NCBI GenBank assembly: GCA_025363695.1 | Contig: JANYDI010000058.1 | Span: 1-43,091, forward strand | Source: Opitutia bacterium | Lineage (GTDB): Bacteria > Verrucomicrobiota > Verrucomicrobiia > Opitutales > JANYDI01 | DNA: 43,091 nt | Direction of reading: 5' to 3' | In this document: positions 1 through 7,607 of the stretch, piece by piece | How the letters are laid out: each line of letters begins with the position of its first letter | Position numbering within the stretch: position 1 is the stretch's first letter | Notes under the pieces: generated by a model | The model's input: only the letters and a program-made list of their open reading frames with translations | What the model was told of the DNA's origin: nothing | The model's database searches: none | Position numbers and translations under genes: made by a program

Positions 1-75
1 TTTAAAAATGCTTTGCATTTTTAAAAATCGCACCCTGTAGGGGATCCTAAGGGGCACGAGTGCCCCTTAGCCCTT
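1..75 (-). repeat. Type-1 palindromic element, half copy truncated by the window edge
   Basis: H2 3' part 1-38, GGATCC 42-47, H1 AAGGGGCACGAGTGCCCCTT 49-68, tip AGCCC. Confidence 0.85.
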
Positions 76-77
76 CC

Positions 78-1472
78 TTACCCTTTCGGAATAGCTTGAC
101 CGTGGGGGTCGCGGCTAGGGAAGTTGAGGGACCTGTCCAGCTCGGCAACGAGGGCGTCGCCCAAAACGTGCTCGATGGCTTCCGCGTCGTCATGGACGTG
201 ATCAGGAGCCATAGCGGCGCTGTGAGTCAGGTAGAGCTCCCAAAGGCGATGGCGGCGAATGACAGCCTGGGCGGTCTGGATGCCTGCCGGGGTAAGCTGC
301 AAAAAGCGCTCTTCCAGCGGTGCTTCGGGGTTAAGGATATCCACCAAGCCCTCTTTTTGGAAGGTTTTTATGGGCTTTGCAAGGGCGTTTGCCAGCAGCC
401 CTGAGTGGTCAGCCAAGCTTTTGAGCAAGAGGCCGTGGTCTTTGCGTTTTTCTAGCAAGGAATAGATGTGCTTGAGGGTGTTTTCCCTGTGGGCCTTGAG
501 GCGGTTTTTCCGATGACGGTAATACTGAGGCAGCCAGCCATGTAGGGGAGAAAACATAAAGGCCAGCAGGAAAAAAACGCCCAAAAAAAGGATCACGCAG
601 GGTCCTGTAGGCATTTGAGCAGCCAAAAACGAGGCAGCCGTGCCCAGCCAGCCCGATAGCAGCGCAAAGAACACGGAAAGCCCAAGCATCTTGGTAAAAG
701 AACGCGTAATCAAAAAAGCCGTAGCTCCTGGAAGCACAAACAAGGCCGACAAAAGTAGGGCCCCAACCGCTTGGAGGGCCACCACCACCGTAAAGGCCAA
801 AAGGGTAATCAAGGCCGCATTGACCCAATCCAGAGGAAGCGCCAAGCTCTGGGCAAAGGCGGGATCAAAGCTCGTTACCAGCAATTCTTTATAAAACAGA
901 CTGATGAGCAACACTAAGGCCACGAGTCCGATGGCCATCAAAGCGACATCCTGGACCCCCAAAGCTGCTGCCTGGCCAAAAAGCAGGCGATCCAACCCCG
1001 CTTTGGCCCCGGCAGGATGTTTTTGTAAGCAGCTGAGTAAAAAGGCTCCCAAGCCATAAAACCCAGACAACACCAAGGCCAAGGCAGCATCGGGCTTTAA
1101 GGGCGTATGGCGCTTGATGGCCTCAAAGACCGTAACGCCCGCCCAGGCCGCCACACTGGCGCCCAAGAGCAAGGCGACGGGGTTTTTCGTCATATTCCAG
1201 CAAAACCCCAAGACCACGCCCGGAAACACCGCATGCGCTAAGGTGTCTCCAATCAGGGCCATACGCCGCACCAGGACATAACAGCCCAGCAAGCCACATT
1301 GAACCCCCAATAGCGTAAACCCCAAAAAAGCCAGACGCAAAGTCACGTCCTGAAAACGCAGCAAGCCCAAAACCTGCTCCACAAAACCGCCTGGCGCCAC
1401 CTGCCCTATCGTCAAGGCCATCAAGGGCACAGGGCACAAAAACCACAAAAGTATTTTTTTATTCTTTAGCAC
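78..1472 (-). CDS. ytgC: ABC-3 family metal (Mn/Zn/Fe) transporter permease fused to a C-terminal DtxR/MntR-like repressor domain (YtgC-YtgR architecture)
   Basis: 464-aa ORF starting with GTG at 1472; an in-frame ATG (MALTIGQ) 17 codons downstream is an alternative start. The first ~300 aa form multiple hydrophobic helices with TroC/ZnuB/MntB-like sequence. The last ~150 aa carry an HTH plus RHRLWELYL and HDDAEAIEH motifs typical of DtxR-family metalloregulators. Confidence 0.85.
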   Translation of the reverse strand: MLKNKKILLWFLCPVPLMALTIGQVAPGGFVEQVLGLLRFQDVTLRLAFLGFTLLGVQCGLLGCYVLVRRMALIGDTLAHAVFPGVVLGFCWNMTKNPVALLLGASVAAWAGVTVFEAIKRHTPLKPDAALALVLSGFYGLGAFLLSCLQKHPAGAKAGLDRLLFGQAAALGVQDVALMAIGLVALVLLISLFYKELLVTSFDPAFAQSLALPLDWVNAALITLLAFTVVVALQAVGALLLSALFVLPGATAFLITRSFTKMLGLSVFFALLSGWLGTAASFLAAQMPTGPCVILFLGVFFLLAFMFSPLHGWLPQYYRHRKNRLKAHRENTLKHIYSLLEKRKDHGLLLKSLADHSGLLANALAKPIKTFQKEGLVDILNPEAPLEERFLQLTPAGIQTAQAVIRRHRLWELYLTHSAAMAPDHVHDDAEAIEHVLGDALVAELDRSLNFPSRDPHGQAIPKG

Positions 1473-1520
1473 ACTCCCATCCTTAAGGGCGGAGTATAGA
1501 AAGGCAAGGAGTTTAAGAAG

Positions 1521-1644
1521 GCTAAGGGGGACAAGTCCCCCTTAGGATCCCCTTTTCGATAGCGATTTACTAAAATGCTACGCATTTTAGGTAAATCGCT
1601 ATCGAGAAGCCTATACTAAGGCCCCTCCAGATCGCGAAGCGATC
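1521..1644 (+). repeat. Type-1 element, half copy
   Basis: H1 1524-1543, GGATCC, H2 1557-1604, ATACTAAGG, H3 GATCGCGAAGCGATC 1630-1644. Confidence 0.9.
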
Positions 1645-1703
1645 AAATAAAGGACTGATTTAGTGCTTGAAACCTGGAGCTCTTCTGCTGTAGGATCCAA
1701 AAC

Positions 1704-2783
1704 ATGACTATAAAAGACCTAAAATGCATTTACGTATTCGCTGTATTTTTCCTGTGCTCTTGCCTCAACGCAACGGATGAAGCCCAGGATGAGCCGTTCC
1801 CGCTGGAAGCGCTCCCCAATGAGCTCATCGTCCTGGTTTATGATTTCCTTGAGCCTCAGGAAAGAATCGCTTTATCCAGCGTAAACACGCAGCTGCGCTC
1901 ATTACGGCCAGTACGAAAAATAACGGTAAAGCACATCGAAGCCCTAAGGTTGATTTTTGAAGGTGCACCAAACGAGGTGGCGTCGTATCTGGATTTTAAT
2001 GCCCTTGTTGAGTTGGATATCGATTTTATGGGAAACGACCTCTATCATGAGATTGATTTTTTAAAGCCTAGAAAAACACATATAAAGGTGCTAAGCCTGC
2101 TAAAGATGCATTTCGGGTCAGATAGTCTGCGAGTAGATAACGCGTTAGTAGCCCTGGCACCTGGATTACTAGAGCTGCAGAGAGTCCATTTTCTCCGGAC
2201 CTATATAAGCGACGAAGGCCTCATTGCCCTGGCAAAATCACCCCAATTGCAGGCCCTCAATTTGTGGAATTTCAATAAAATAACGGATGTAGGCCTAAGG
2301 ACCTTAGCCGAGTGGACACAGTTGCAGCGCCTTGATTTATCCCAGATTTCCGTCAGCGCTATCGGTCTGAGTCCCTTAAGTAGGCTCACGCAATTGCAGC
2401 ACCTCGTTTTATGCAGAACCCGCATAGATAATGCCAGCCTCGTTTACCTGGCCAAACTCACCCAATTGCAATCCCTCGACTTATTCGTCACTGAAATCAG
2501 CGATGCAGGCCTCGTTCACCTGGCAGGGTTATCGGCCTTGAAAGATCTCAATTTGAGCCGAACTTACGTAGGCGACGCAGGCCTCGTTCACCTAGCTGGG
2601 TTAACGGCCTTGAGAAGTCTTGGTTTGTCCGAAACCCGCGTAGGCGACGCAGGCCTGCCCTACCTGGTTGGGTTATCAGCTTTGCAGGCACTTAATTTGT
2701 ACTTCACCCAAGTCACCAACGCCGGCGTCGCGGCCCTCCAAGAACGCCTTCCAGGCCTAAAAATCACCCACATCACCCCATAA
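1704..2783 (+). CDS. F-box-like / leucine-rich-repeat protein (eukaryote-like, FBXL-type architecture) with hydrophobic N-terminus
   Basis: ATG start, 359 aa. The N-terminus is hydrophobic (IYVFAVFFLCSCLNA). An F-box-like motif follows (LPNELIVLVYDFLEPQERIALSSVNTQLRSL). Then come ~8 x 24-25-aa LRRs of the form LxxLxLsxTxvxDaGLvhLagLtaL. Confidence 0.8.
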   Translation: MTIKDLKCIYVFAVFFLCSCLNATDEAQDEPFPLEALPNELIVLVYDFLEPQERIALSSVNTQLRSLRPVRKITVKHIEALRLIFEGAPNEVASYLDFNALVELDIDFMGNDLYHEIDFLKPRKTHIKVLSLLKMHFGSDSLRVDNALVALAPGLLELQRVHFLRTYISDEGLIALAKSPQLQALNLWNFNKITDVGLRTLAEWTQLQRLDLSQISVSAIGLSPLSRLTQLQHLVLCRTRIDNASLVYLAKLTQLQSLDLFVTEISDAGLVHLAGLSALKDLNLSRTYVGDAGLVHLAGLTALRSLGLSETRVGDAGLPYLVGLSALQALNLYFTQVTNAGVAALQERLPGLKITHITP

Positions 2784-2787
2784 AACC

Positions 2788-3858
2788 ATGATCCTAAGAA
2801 GCATTTACGTATTCGCCGCATTTTTCCTGTGTTCTTGCCTCAACGCAACCCATGAAGCTCAGGATGAGCCGTTCCCACTCGAAACGCTCCCCAATGAGGT
2901 CATCGTGATGGTTTATGATTTCCTGAGTCCTCAGGAAACAAGGGCTTTATCCAGCGTGAATAGGCTCCTGCGTTCATTACGGCCCATACGAAAAATAACG
3001 GCAAGACAGATAGGTATACTTAGGTTGATTTTTGAAGATGCGCCGCGTGAGGTGGCGTCGTATCTGAATTTCGATTTGCTTGTTGAGCTGCATGTAAATG
3101 TTCTGACAAGGGAAATATCCAGGAGCTTTAGGGAATCAACACCTAGGGAAGCAAACATAAAAACACTGACAGTATCCTTGTTTTCAATGACAAACGAGGA
3201 CCTGGCAACCCTGGTACCTGGACTCACGCAGTTGCGAAAGCTCGGGTTATCGCGAAACGCAATAAACAATGAAGGCATCGCTCACCTGACCCAACTCACG
3301 CAGTTGCAAAATCTTGATTTATCCTGGACCTACGTAACGGATGCTGGCACCGCTTCCCTAACCCAACTCACGCAGTTGCAGAAACTCAATTTAAGTGGAT
3401 GCACCACGCTGACTGACAGCGGCATTGCTGAATTGGTAAAATTAACTCAATTGCAAAAACTCGGTATGTCCCACACCCGAGTGACCCATGTAGGCATCGC
3501 CCTCCTGGCTGCGTTAACCGCCTTGCAAAAACTCAATCTGTCTTGCACCCAAGTGACCGACGCTGAGATTATTCATCTTGTAAAATTAACTCAATTACAG
3601 AAACTCTACTTATATCACACCCAAGTGAGTGACGAGGGCCTTGCTCAGCTGACTGCGTTATCGGCTTTGCAAAAACTCAATGTGTCCGCCACCCGAGTGA
3701 GCGACGCGGGCCTCGCTCACCTGGCTGAATTAACGGCGTTATGGGAGCTCGATTTGAGTCACACCCCGACAAGCAAAGCCGGCATCGCAGCCCTTCAAGA
3801 ACACCGTCCAGGCCTGAAAATTTTATTGGGAACGCTAGATGCGATGCTCCCTTGGTAA
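2788..3858 (+). CDS. F-box-like / leucine-rich-repeat protein, tandem paralog of 1704-2783
   Basis: Starts 4 nt after the previous stop. The N-terminal ~90 aa are nearly identical to the upstream gene (IYVFAAFFLCSCLNATHEAQDEPFPLETLPNEVIV...). They are followed by ~8 LRRs (LTQLQKLNLSxTxVTDaGiaxL). Confidence 0.8.
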   Translation: MILRSIYVFAAFFLCSCLNATHEAQDEPFPLETLPNEVIVMVYDFLSPQETRALSSVNRLLRSLRPIRKITARQIGILRLIFEDAPREVASYLNFDLLVELHVNVLTREISRSFRESTPREANIKTLTVSLFSMTNEDLATLVPGLTQLRKLGLSRNAINNEGIAHLTQLTQLQNLDLSWTYVTDAGTASLTQLTQLQKLNLSGCTTLTDSGIAELVKLTQLQKLGMSHTRVTHVGIALLAALTALQKLNLSCTQVTDAEIIHLVKLTQLQKLYLYHTQVSDEGLAQLTALSALQKLNVSATRVSDAGLAHLAELTALWELDLSHTPTSKAGIAALQEHRPGLKILLGTLDAMLPW

Positions 3859-3895
3859 AGCTTGCCATAACGCCATCCTTAAAATAGGTTCCACC

Positions 3896-4594
3896 ATGCC
3901 CGAACCCGAAGAAATAAAAACCTTGTTCCAGCGTATTGCCTGGCGTTATGACCGAGCTAACACGGTCCTAAGCCTAGGACTGCACCGTTACTGGCGTTGG
4001 CGAACAGCACGGGTGGTCAAGGCCCTCAAGCCCAAGGTCGTGCTGGATATGGCCACTGGGACGGGTGATTTAGCCTTTGCCCTTGAGCGACAACTCGGGA
4101 AAACCACAAGCATTATGGGTATGGACTTTTGCGAACCCATGTTGGCCTTGGCGCGTAAAAAACAAGGGAATTCCCCTATTCCGTTTACCCTAGGCGATTG
4201 CCTAAATATTCCCCTAGATGACGGCAGTATCGACGTGGTAACTATGGCCTTTGGCTTACGGAATATTCCCCAGCGCAATAAAGCGTTTTTGGAAATCCAC
4301 CGCGTATTACGTCCTGGAGGGTTTTTGGTCCTCCTGGAGTTCAGCCAACCCAGCCGCTGGTTTGCGCCGCTGTATTGGCCGTATTTACACGCTATTTTAC
4401 CCTGGCTCTCAGGCCTCCTTACGGGCCACCAGGAAGCATATCGCTATTTGGGCCGCAGTATTGAGGGCTTTTTAAGCAAAAAAGCCCTCAGTGATGAGCT
4501 GCGTAAGCACGGCTTTGAGCCAGTAAAGGCTGTTGGGCTGTCGGCCTCCGTTGTGGCTATTCATGTAGGAAAGAAAAGGGCCAAGGGGAGCTAG
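3896..4594 (+). CDS. ubiE: Demethylmenaquinone/ubiquinone C-methyltransferase (UbiE/MenG family)
   Basis: ATG at 3896 (MPEPEEIKTLFQRIAWRYDRAN) aligns with UbiE N-termini; the track ORF start at 3839 overlaps the upstream gene. SAM-binding motif VLDMATGTGD is present, and LRPGG and LEFS motifs match the family. The stop codon lies in the loop of a repeat hairpin. Confidence 0.85.
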   Translation: MPEPEEIKTLFQRIAWRYDRANTVLSLGLHRYWRWRTARVVKALKPKVVLDMATGTGDLAFALERQLGKTTSIMGMDFCEPMLALARKKQGNSPIPFTLGDCLNIPLDDGSIDVVTMAFGLRNIPQRNKAFLEIHRVLRPGGFLVLLEFSQPSRWFAPLYWPYLHAILPWLSGLLTGHQEAYRYLGRSIEGFLSKKALSDELRKHGFEPVKAVGLSASVVAIHVGKKRAKGS

Positions 4595-4879
4595 CTCCCC
4601 TTGTATCCCCTATCGGTAGCGATTTATTAAAATGCTAGCGCATTTTAAATAAATCGCTACCGGATGGCGATACAAGGCCCCCCACAGATCGCGAAGCGAT
4701 CCGGGTGTATTTTATGAATTGCTTTGAAAGCTTGGTTTTAACGGAGGCATTTTGACGTTTAGACAAGGAAGGGAAGTGCGTAGCGCACTTTAGGTGCGTG
4801 AGTCACTTCCCTGACGCCGTATAAACTCAAAAGGCCCCGCTAAAACCAAGCTTTAGGGGCGCGAGCGCCCCCTTAGCCC
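4575..4879 (+). repeat. Composite: type-1 half + type-2 hairpin element + inverted terminal H1
   Basis: H1 4582-4603, H2 4612-4665, H3 4687-4701, type-2 hairpin 4727-4854, terminal H1 4855-4873. Same architecture as 33220-33521. Confidence 0.9.
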
Positions 4880-4898
4880 TTCCCTTTCCTCTTTTCGC

Positions 4899-5666
4899 TT
4901 GCAATTTTCAAAAACATGCACATTGTCCTTCCTTATAAAAACCTTCCTTACCCTTACGAAGCATGAGCTTTGGCAACTGATGACCTGGCCTGGGAGCTAT
5001 GCCATGGCTGCTGGATTCCTGGGCTTGATGGGTTTTTTGTTCTTTCTTGTCTTGGAACGATTTCTACATATATCTCAGAATACACCGCTTTTTGAGGGGT
5101 TTTTTGACTTGTTTTGGTTACCGGTTCTTTTTGGAGTCCCCTTGTTGACCTTACGGAGTTTTTCGCAGGAACGGCGTGAGGGGATTTTGGAAAGCGTCTT
5201 GGCAACCGGGGCCTCACTGCAGGCGCTGGTTTGGAGTAAATTTTTAGCCCTGTTTTCCTTTTACTGCCTTCTTTGGCTGCTGTGTCTGAGCTTTCCGCTT
5301 TGGATGCTGGGCGTACTGGGGCAGGCCGCACACAACCACCTCGATGTGGGTATGTTTGTTGGCAGTTACGCGTTTATCGCGCTCAGCGGAGCTTTTTACC
5401 TTTCTGTCGGGATGCTCCTTAGCAGCTTTACCGAAAACGCCACCCTCGCAGGCATGCTTACTTTCTGCGTTTTGTTTATCCTCATTGTAGGCTCGCAACT
5501 CCTTCCCCAGTCGCATCTGCTGCCCGACTGGCTTCAGGCACCTCTGCTGGTCTTGCAAAACCTGCCCCAGCTGGAGGACTTGCGGCATGGGATTTTAGAT
5601 TCCAGACCGGTAGTCTTTTACGGAAGCGGTACACTCTTATGTCTGACCCTCTGCAGGGGGCATTAG
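4899..5666 (+). CDS. ABC-2 type transporter permease (GldF-like)
   Basis: 255-aa polytopic membrane ORF. PLLTLRSFSQERREGILESVLATGAS matches the conserved ABC-2/GldF loop. There is no in-frame ATG upstream of the conserved N-terminal region, so a TTG start at 4899 or 4923 is likely. Start uncertain. Confidence 0.7.
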   Translation: MQFSKTCTLSFLIKTFLTLTKHELWQLMTWPGSYAMAAGFLGLMGFLFFLVLERFLHISQNTPLFEGFFDLFWLPVLFGVPLLTLRSFSQERREGILESVLATGASLQALVWSKFLALFSFYCLLWLLCLSFPLWMLGVLGQAAHNHLDVGMFVGSYAFIALSGAFYLSVGMLLSSFTENATLAGMLTFCVLFILIVGSQLLPQSHLLPDWLQAPLLVLQNLPQLEDLRHGILDSRPVVFYGSGTLLCLTLCRGH

Positions 5667-5670
5667 GTTT

Positions 5671-5942
5671 GCTAAGGGGCGCTTGCGCCCCTTAGGATCC
5701 CCTACAGGTAGCGATTTTGTGAAATACTACGTATTTCAGCAAAATCGCTACCTGGCAGGAAATACTAAGGCCTCCCACGATCCCGAAGGGATCCGGGAGT
5801 ATACCTTAAAATTCGATTCCGAAGGAATCTGTGGGGGGCTTAGTATCTTCTACCAGGTAGCGATTTTATTAAAATGCATCGCATTTTATAAAATCGCTAC
5901 CTGTAGGGGATCCTAAGGGGCACGAGTGCCCCTTAGCCCTTT
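5671..5942. repeat. Type-1 element, head-to-head double (giant imperfect palindrome)
   Basis: H1 5674-5693, H2 5705-5754, H3 5779-5793, H3' 5815-5829, H2' 5854-5903, H1' 5915-5934. Lies between the GldF-like and GldG-like genes. Confidence 0.9.
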
Positions 5943-5963
5943 CGCAACAAACTTTTAAAGTCC

Positions 5964-7370
5964 ATGAACAAACATGATTTCAAATACGTCAACCGGGGAA
6001 ACGCCCTACGCCGTTTTTTGACGTGGGTGCTGAGCTTGCTCTTCTTGGTGGGGCTGCAATACTTGAGCTATCGTTATTTTTGGCGCCACGATATCACGAC
6101 AGCAAAACGCTACGGCCTCAGCGCGCACACGCAGCGTCAGCTAAAACACCTACAAACGCCTACGGAACTTATCCTAGTAATGGATCAAAAAGACCCCAAA
6201 ACGGAGCTCATTAACCATGATATTCATAAGCTCATGAACGAGCTCTGTTTTGCCTCCTACCAGGATGGCGTCCCAAAACTATCGCTGCGTTTTGTAAATC
6301 CTGAACAATCCCTGGAAACACTGGAAGCACGCTGGGGCTCTGGCCTGGAGAACAGCCTCTTGGTTGTGCAGGCTCAGCGCTTTAAAAAACTGCCTTTGTA
6401 TACTTTCTATACGGACAAAGCTGCTGAGCCGACCTTCGGGGCGGAAGCGGCCATCCTATCGGCCTTGCTTGAACTAGAAATGCCGCAGGCCCGTATTGTA
6501 TTCACATCCGGCCATGGAGAAATGGACCCCCAAAGCACAGCAGCGTTGCAGGGTCTTTCCTTGTTTAATCAGGATCTCAAAACGAGTGGCTTTGTTAGTG
6601 AATCTATCGATATACTCAGCAACCCAGAGGCCCTGAGCACGGCCAACTTGGTGATCATCGCTGGCCCCAGGCAAGCCTTTACGCCGGAGGAAGCCCAGGC
6701 GCTGAAGCGTTTTAGCCAAAAAAAAGGGAGCGCTATTTTTGTGTTCTTAGCAGCCTTACGCCCGCATGGTTTAGAAGCGCTTTTTGAGGACTGGGGCCTT
6801 GAAGCTCCGGAGGAACTCATTGAAGAAACACAGGCCCAAAACCAAACCCCTGAAGGCGAACTCCTGCTCCAGGGCTTTGCCCAGCACCCCTTGTGCCAGC
6901 TGATCAAAGACCATAAAATGCCCATCATTACGGGATTAGCTCGCCCCTTATGGATCCAGGAGGAGCAAGAAACCCTACAGGGCCTTGTCTACACCTCCAA
7001 GACAAGCTTTTCACGGCAGGTTTTTCACGAAGGCAAACGCCTTGCCTTTTCACCAGACCCAGCGCATATCGGCCCCTTGTGCGTCGCCGTCTGGGGAAGC
7101 AAGCCCCAAGGCCGGCACTTGTGGGTAGTTGGCAATGCTGATTTCCTGAGTAATCAATACTTCCCCAAGGGCGGGAATGCCCTTTTTGCCCAACAGAGCG
7201 TACGTCATGCCCTTGAAGGGCCGCCGCTAGCAGCGGTTCCGCCAAAAATCCTCAAAGAAAGGCCCCTGCTCCTCACGCAAGCCCAGCTTTTTAAGCTTGC
7301 CCTGGGGCTGTGCGTATTACCCGTTTTACTGCTAGGAGCGGCAGCTGGATGCTACGTTTTGCGCAGATAA
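5964..7370 (+). CDS. GldG-like ABC transporter auxiliary protein (ABC_transp_aux family)
   Basis: 468 aa with N- and C-terminal TM helices around a large soluble domain that carries the FTSGHGE motif typical of GldG-type proteins. It follows the ABC-2 permease gene. Confidence 0.7.
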   Translation: MNKHDFKYVNRGNALRRFLTWVLSLLFLVGLQYLSYRYFWRHDITTAKRYGLSAHTQRQLKHLQTPTELILVMDQKDPKTELINHDIHKLMNELCFASYQDGVPKLSLRFVNPEQSLETLEARWGSGLENSLLVVQAQRFKKLPLYTFYTDKAAEPTFGAEAAILSALLELEMPQARIVFTSGHGEMDPQSTAALQGLSLFNQDLKTSGFVSESIDILSNPEALSTANLVIIAGPRQAFTPEEAQALKRFSQKKGSAIFVFLAALRPHGLEALFEDWGLEAPEELIEETQAQNQTPEGELLLQGFAQHPLCQLIKDHKMPIITGLARPLWIQEEQETLQGLVYTSKTSFSRQVFHEGKRLAFSPDPAHIGPLCVAVWGSKPQGRHLWVVGNADFLSNQYFPKGGNALFAQQSVRHALEGPPLAAVPPKILKERPLLLTQAQLFKLALGLCVLPVLLLGAAAGCYVLRR

Positions 7371-7392
7371 AAACTGCCGCGCAGGTAAAAAA

Positions 7393-7468
7393 TGGTGCCC
7401 CCACTGAGATTCGAACTCAGATTAACGGTTTAGGAAACCGCGGTTCTATCCTATTGAACTATGGGGAC
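7393..7468 (-). tRNA. tRNA-Arg (anticodon CCT), CCA encoded
   Basis: The reverse complement folds by hand into a cloverleaf. Acceptor GTCCCCA/TGGGGGC, D arm GTTC/GAAC, anticodon stem GCGGT/ACCGT with loop TTCCTAA (CCT), T arm CTGAG-TTCGAAT-CTCAG, and 3' ACCA. Confidence 0.9.
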
Positions 7469-7507
7469 TATTTGGTAGCTGAGTGAATAAAATAATTTAA
7501 TCTGTGC

Positions 7508-7535
7508 TTGATTTTACAAAAGACACAGCTACAAT
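7508..7535 (+). promoter_or_regulatory. Putative sigma70-type promoter of the LacI-family gene
   Basis: TTGATT (7508-7513), 16-nt spacer, TACAAT (7530-7535), ~70 nt upstream of the ATG. It is overlapped by the imperfect inverted repeat CTGTGCTT...AAGACACAG. Confidence 0.4.
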
Positions 7536-7607
7536 GAAAAAGAGCGTCTTTGGGTAAAGTCAAGATTAATCCCACTGAGCCTTCGCCGTAGCACGAATAA
7601 AGCTTTT

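Noticed and set aside
49-68. H1 hairpins (AAGGGG-N-CCCCTT) as rho-independent terminators.
   Set aside because: They are followed by AGGATCC or AGCCC, not by a T-run. They occur between genes that look co-transcribed and on both strands. A weak attenuator or RNA-stabiliser role cannot be excluded, but they are not classical terminators.
5683-5916. 60-130-aa ORFs lying entirely inside repeats. Examples are 5683-5916, 8537-8938, 8865-9140, 13106-13333, 13216-13458, 16850-17077, 25953-26144, 30117-30440, 34325-34543, 37579-37818, 37788-37991, 42154-42354 and 42894-43076. They share recurrent peptides such as RPLGSPTG.DF and KPEPYRGD.
   Set aside because: The peptide similarity is only a consequence of the DNA repeats being read in various frames and on both strands. 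None has an RBS or consistent boundaries, and they overlap hairpin stems. I treat them as spurious.
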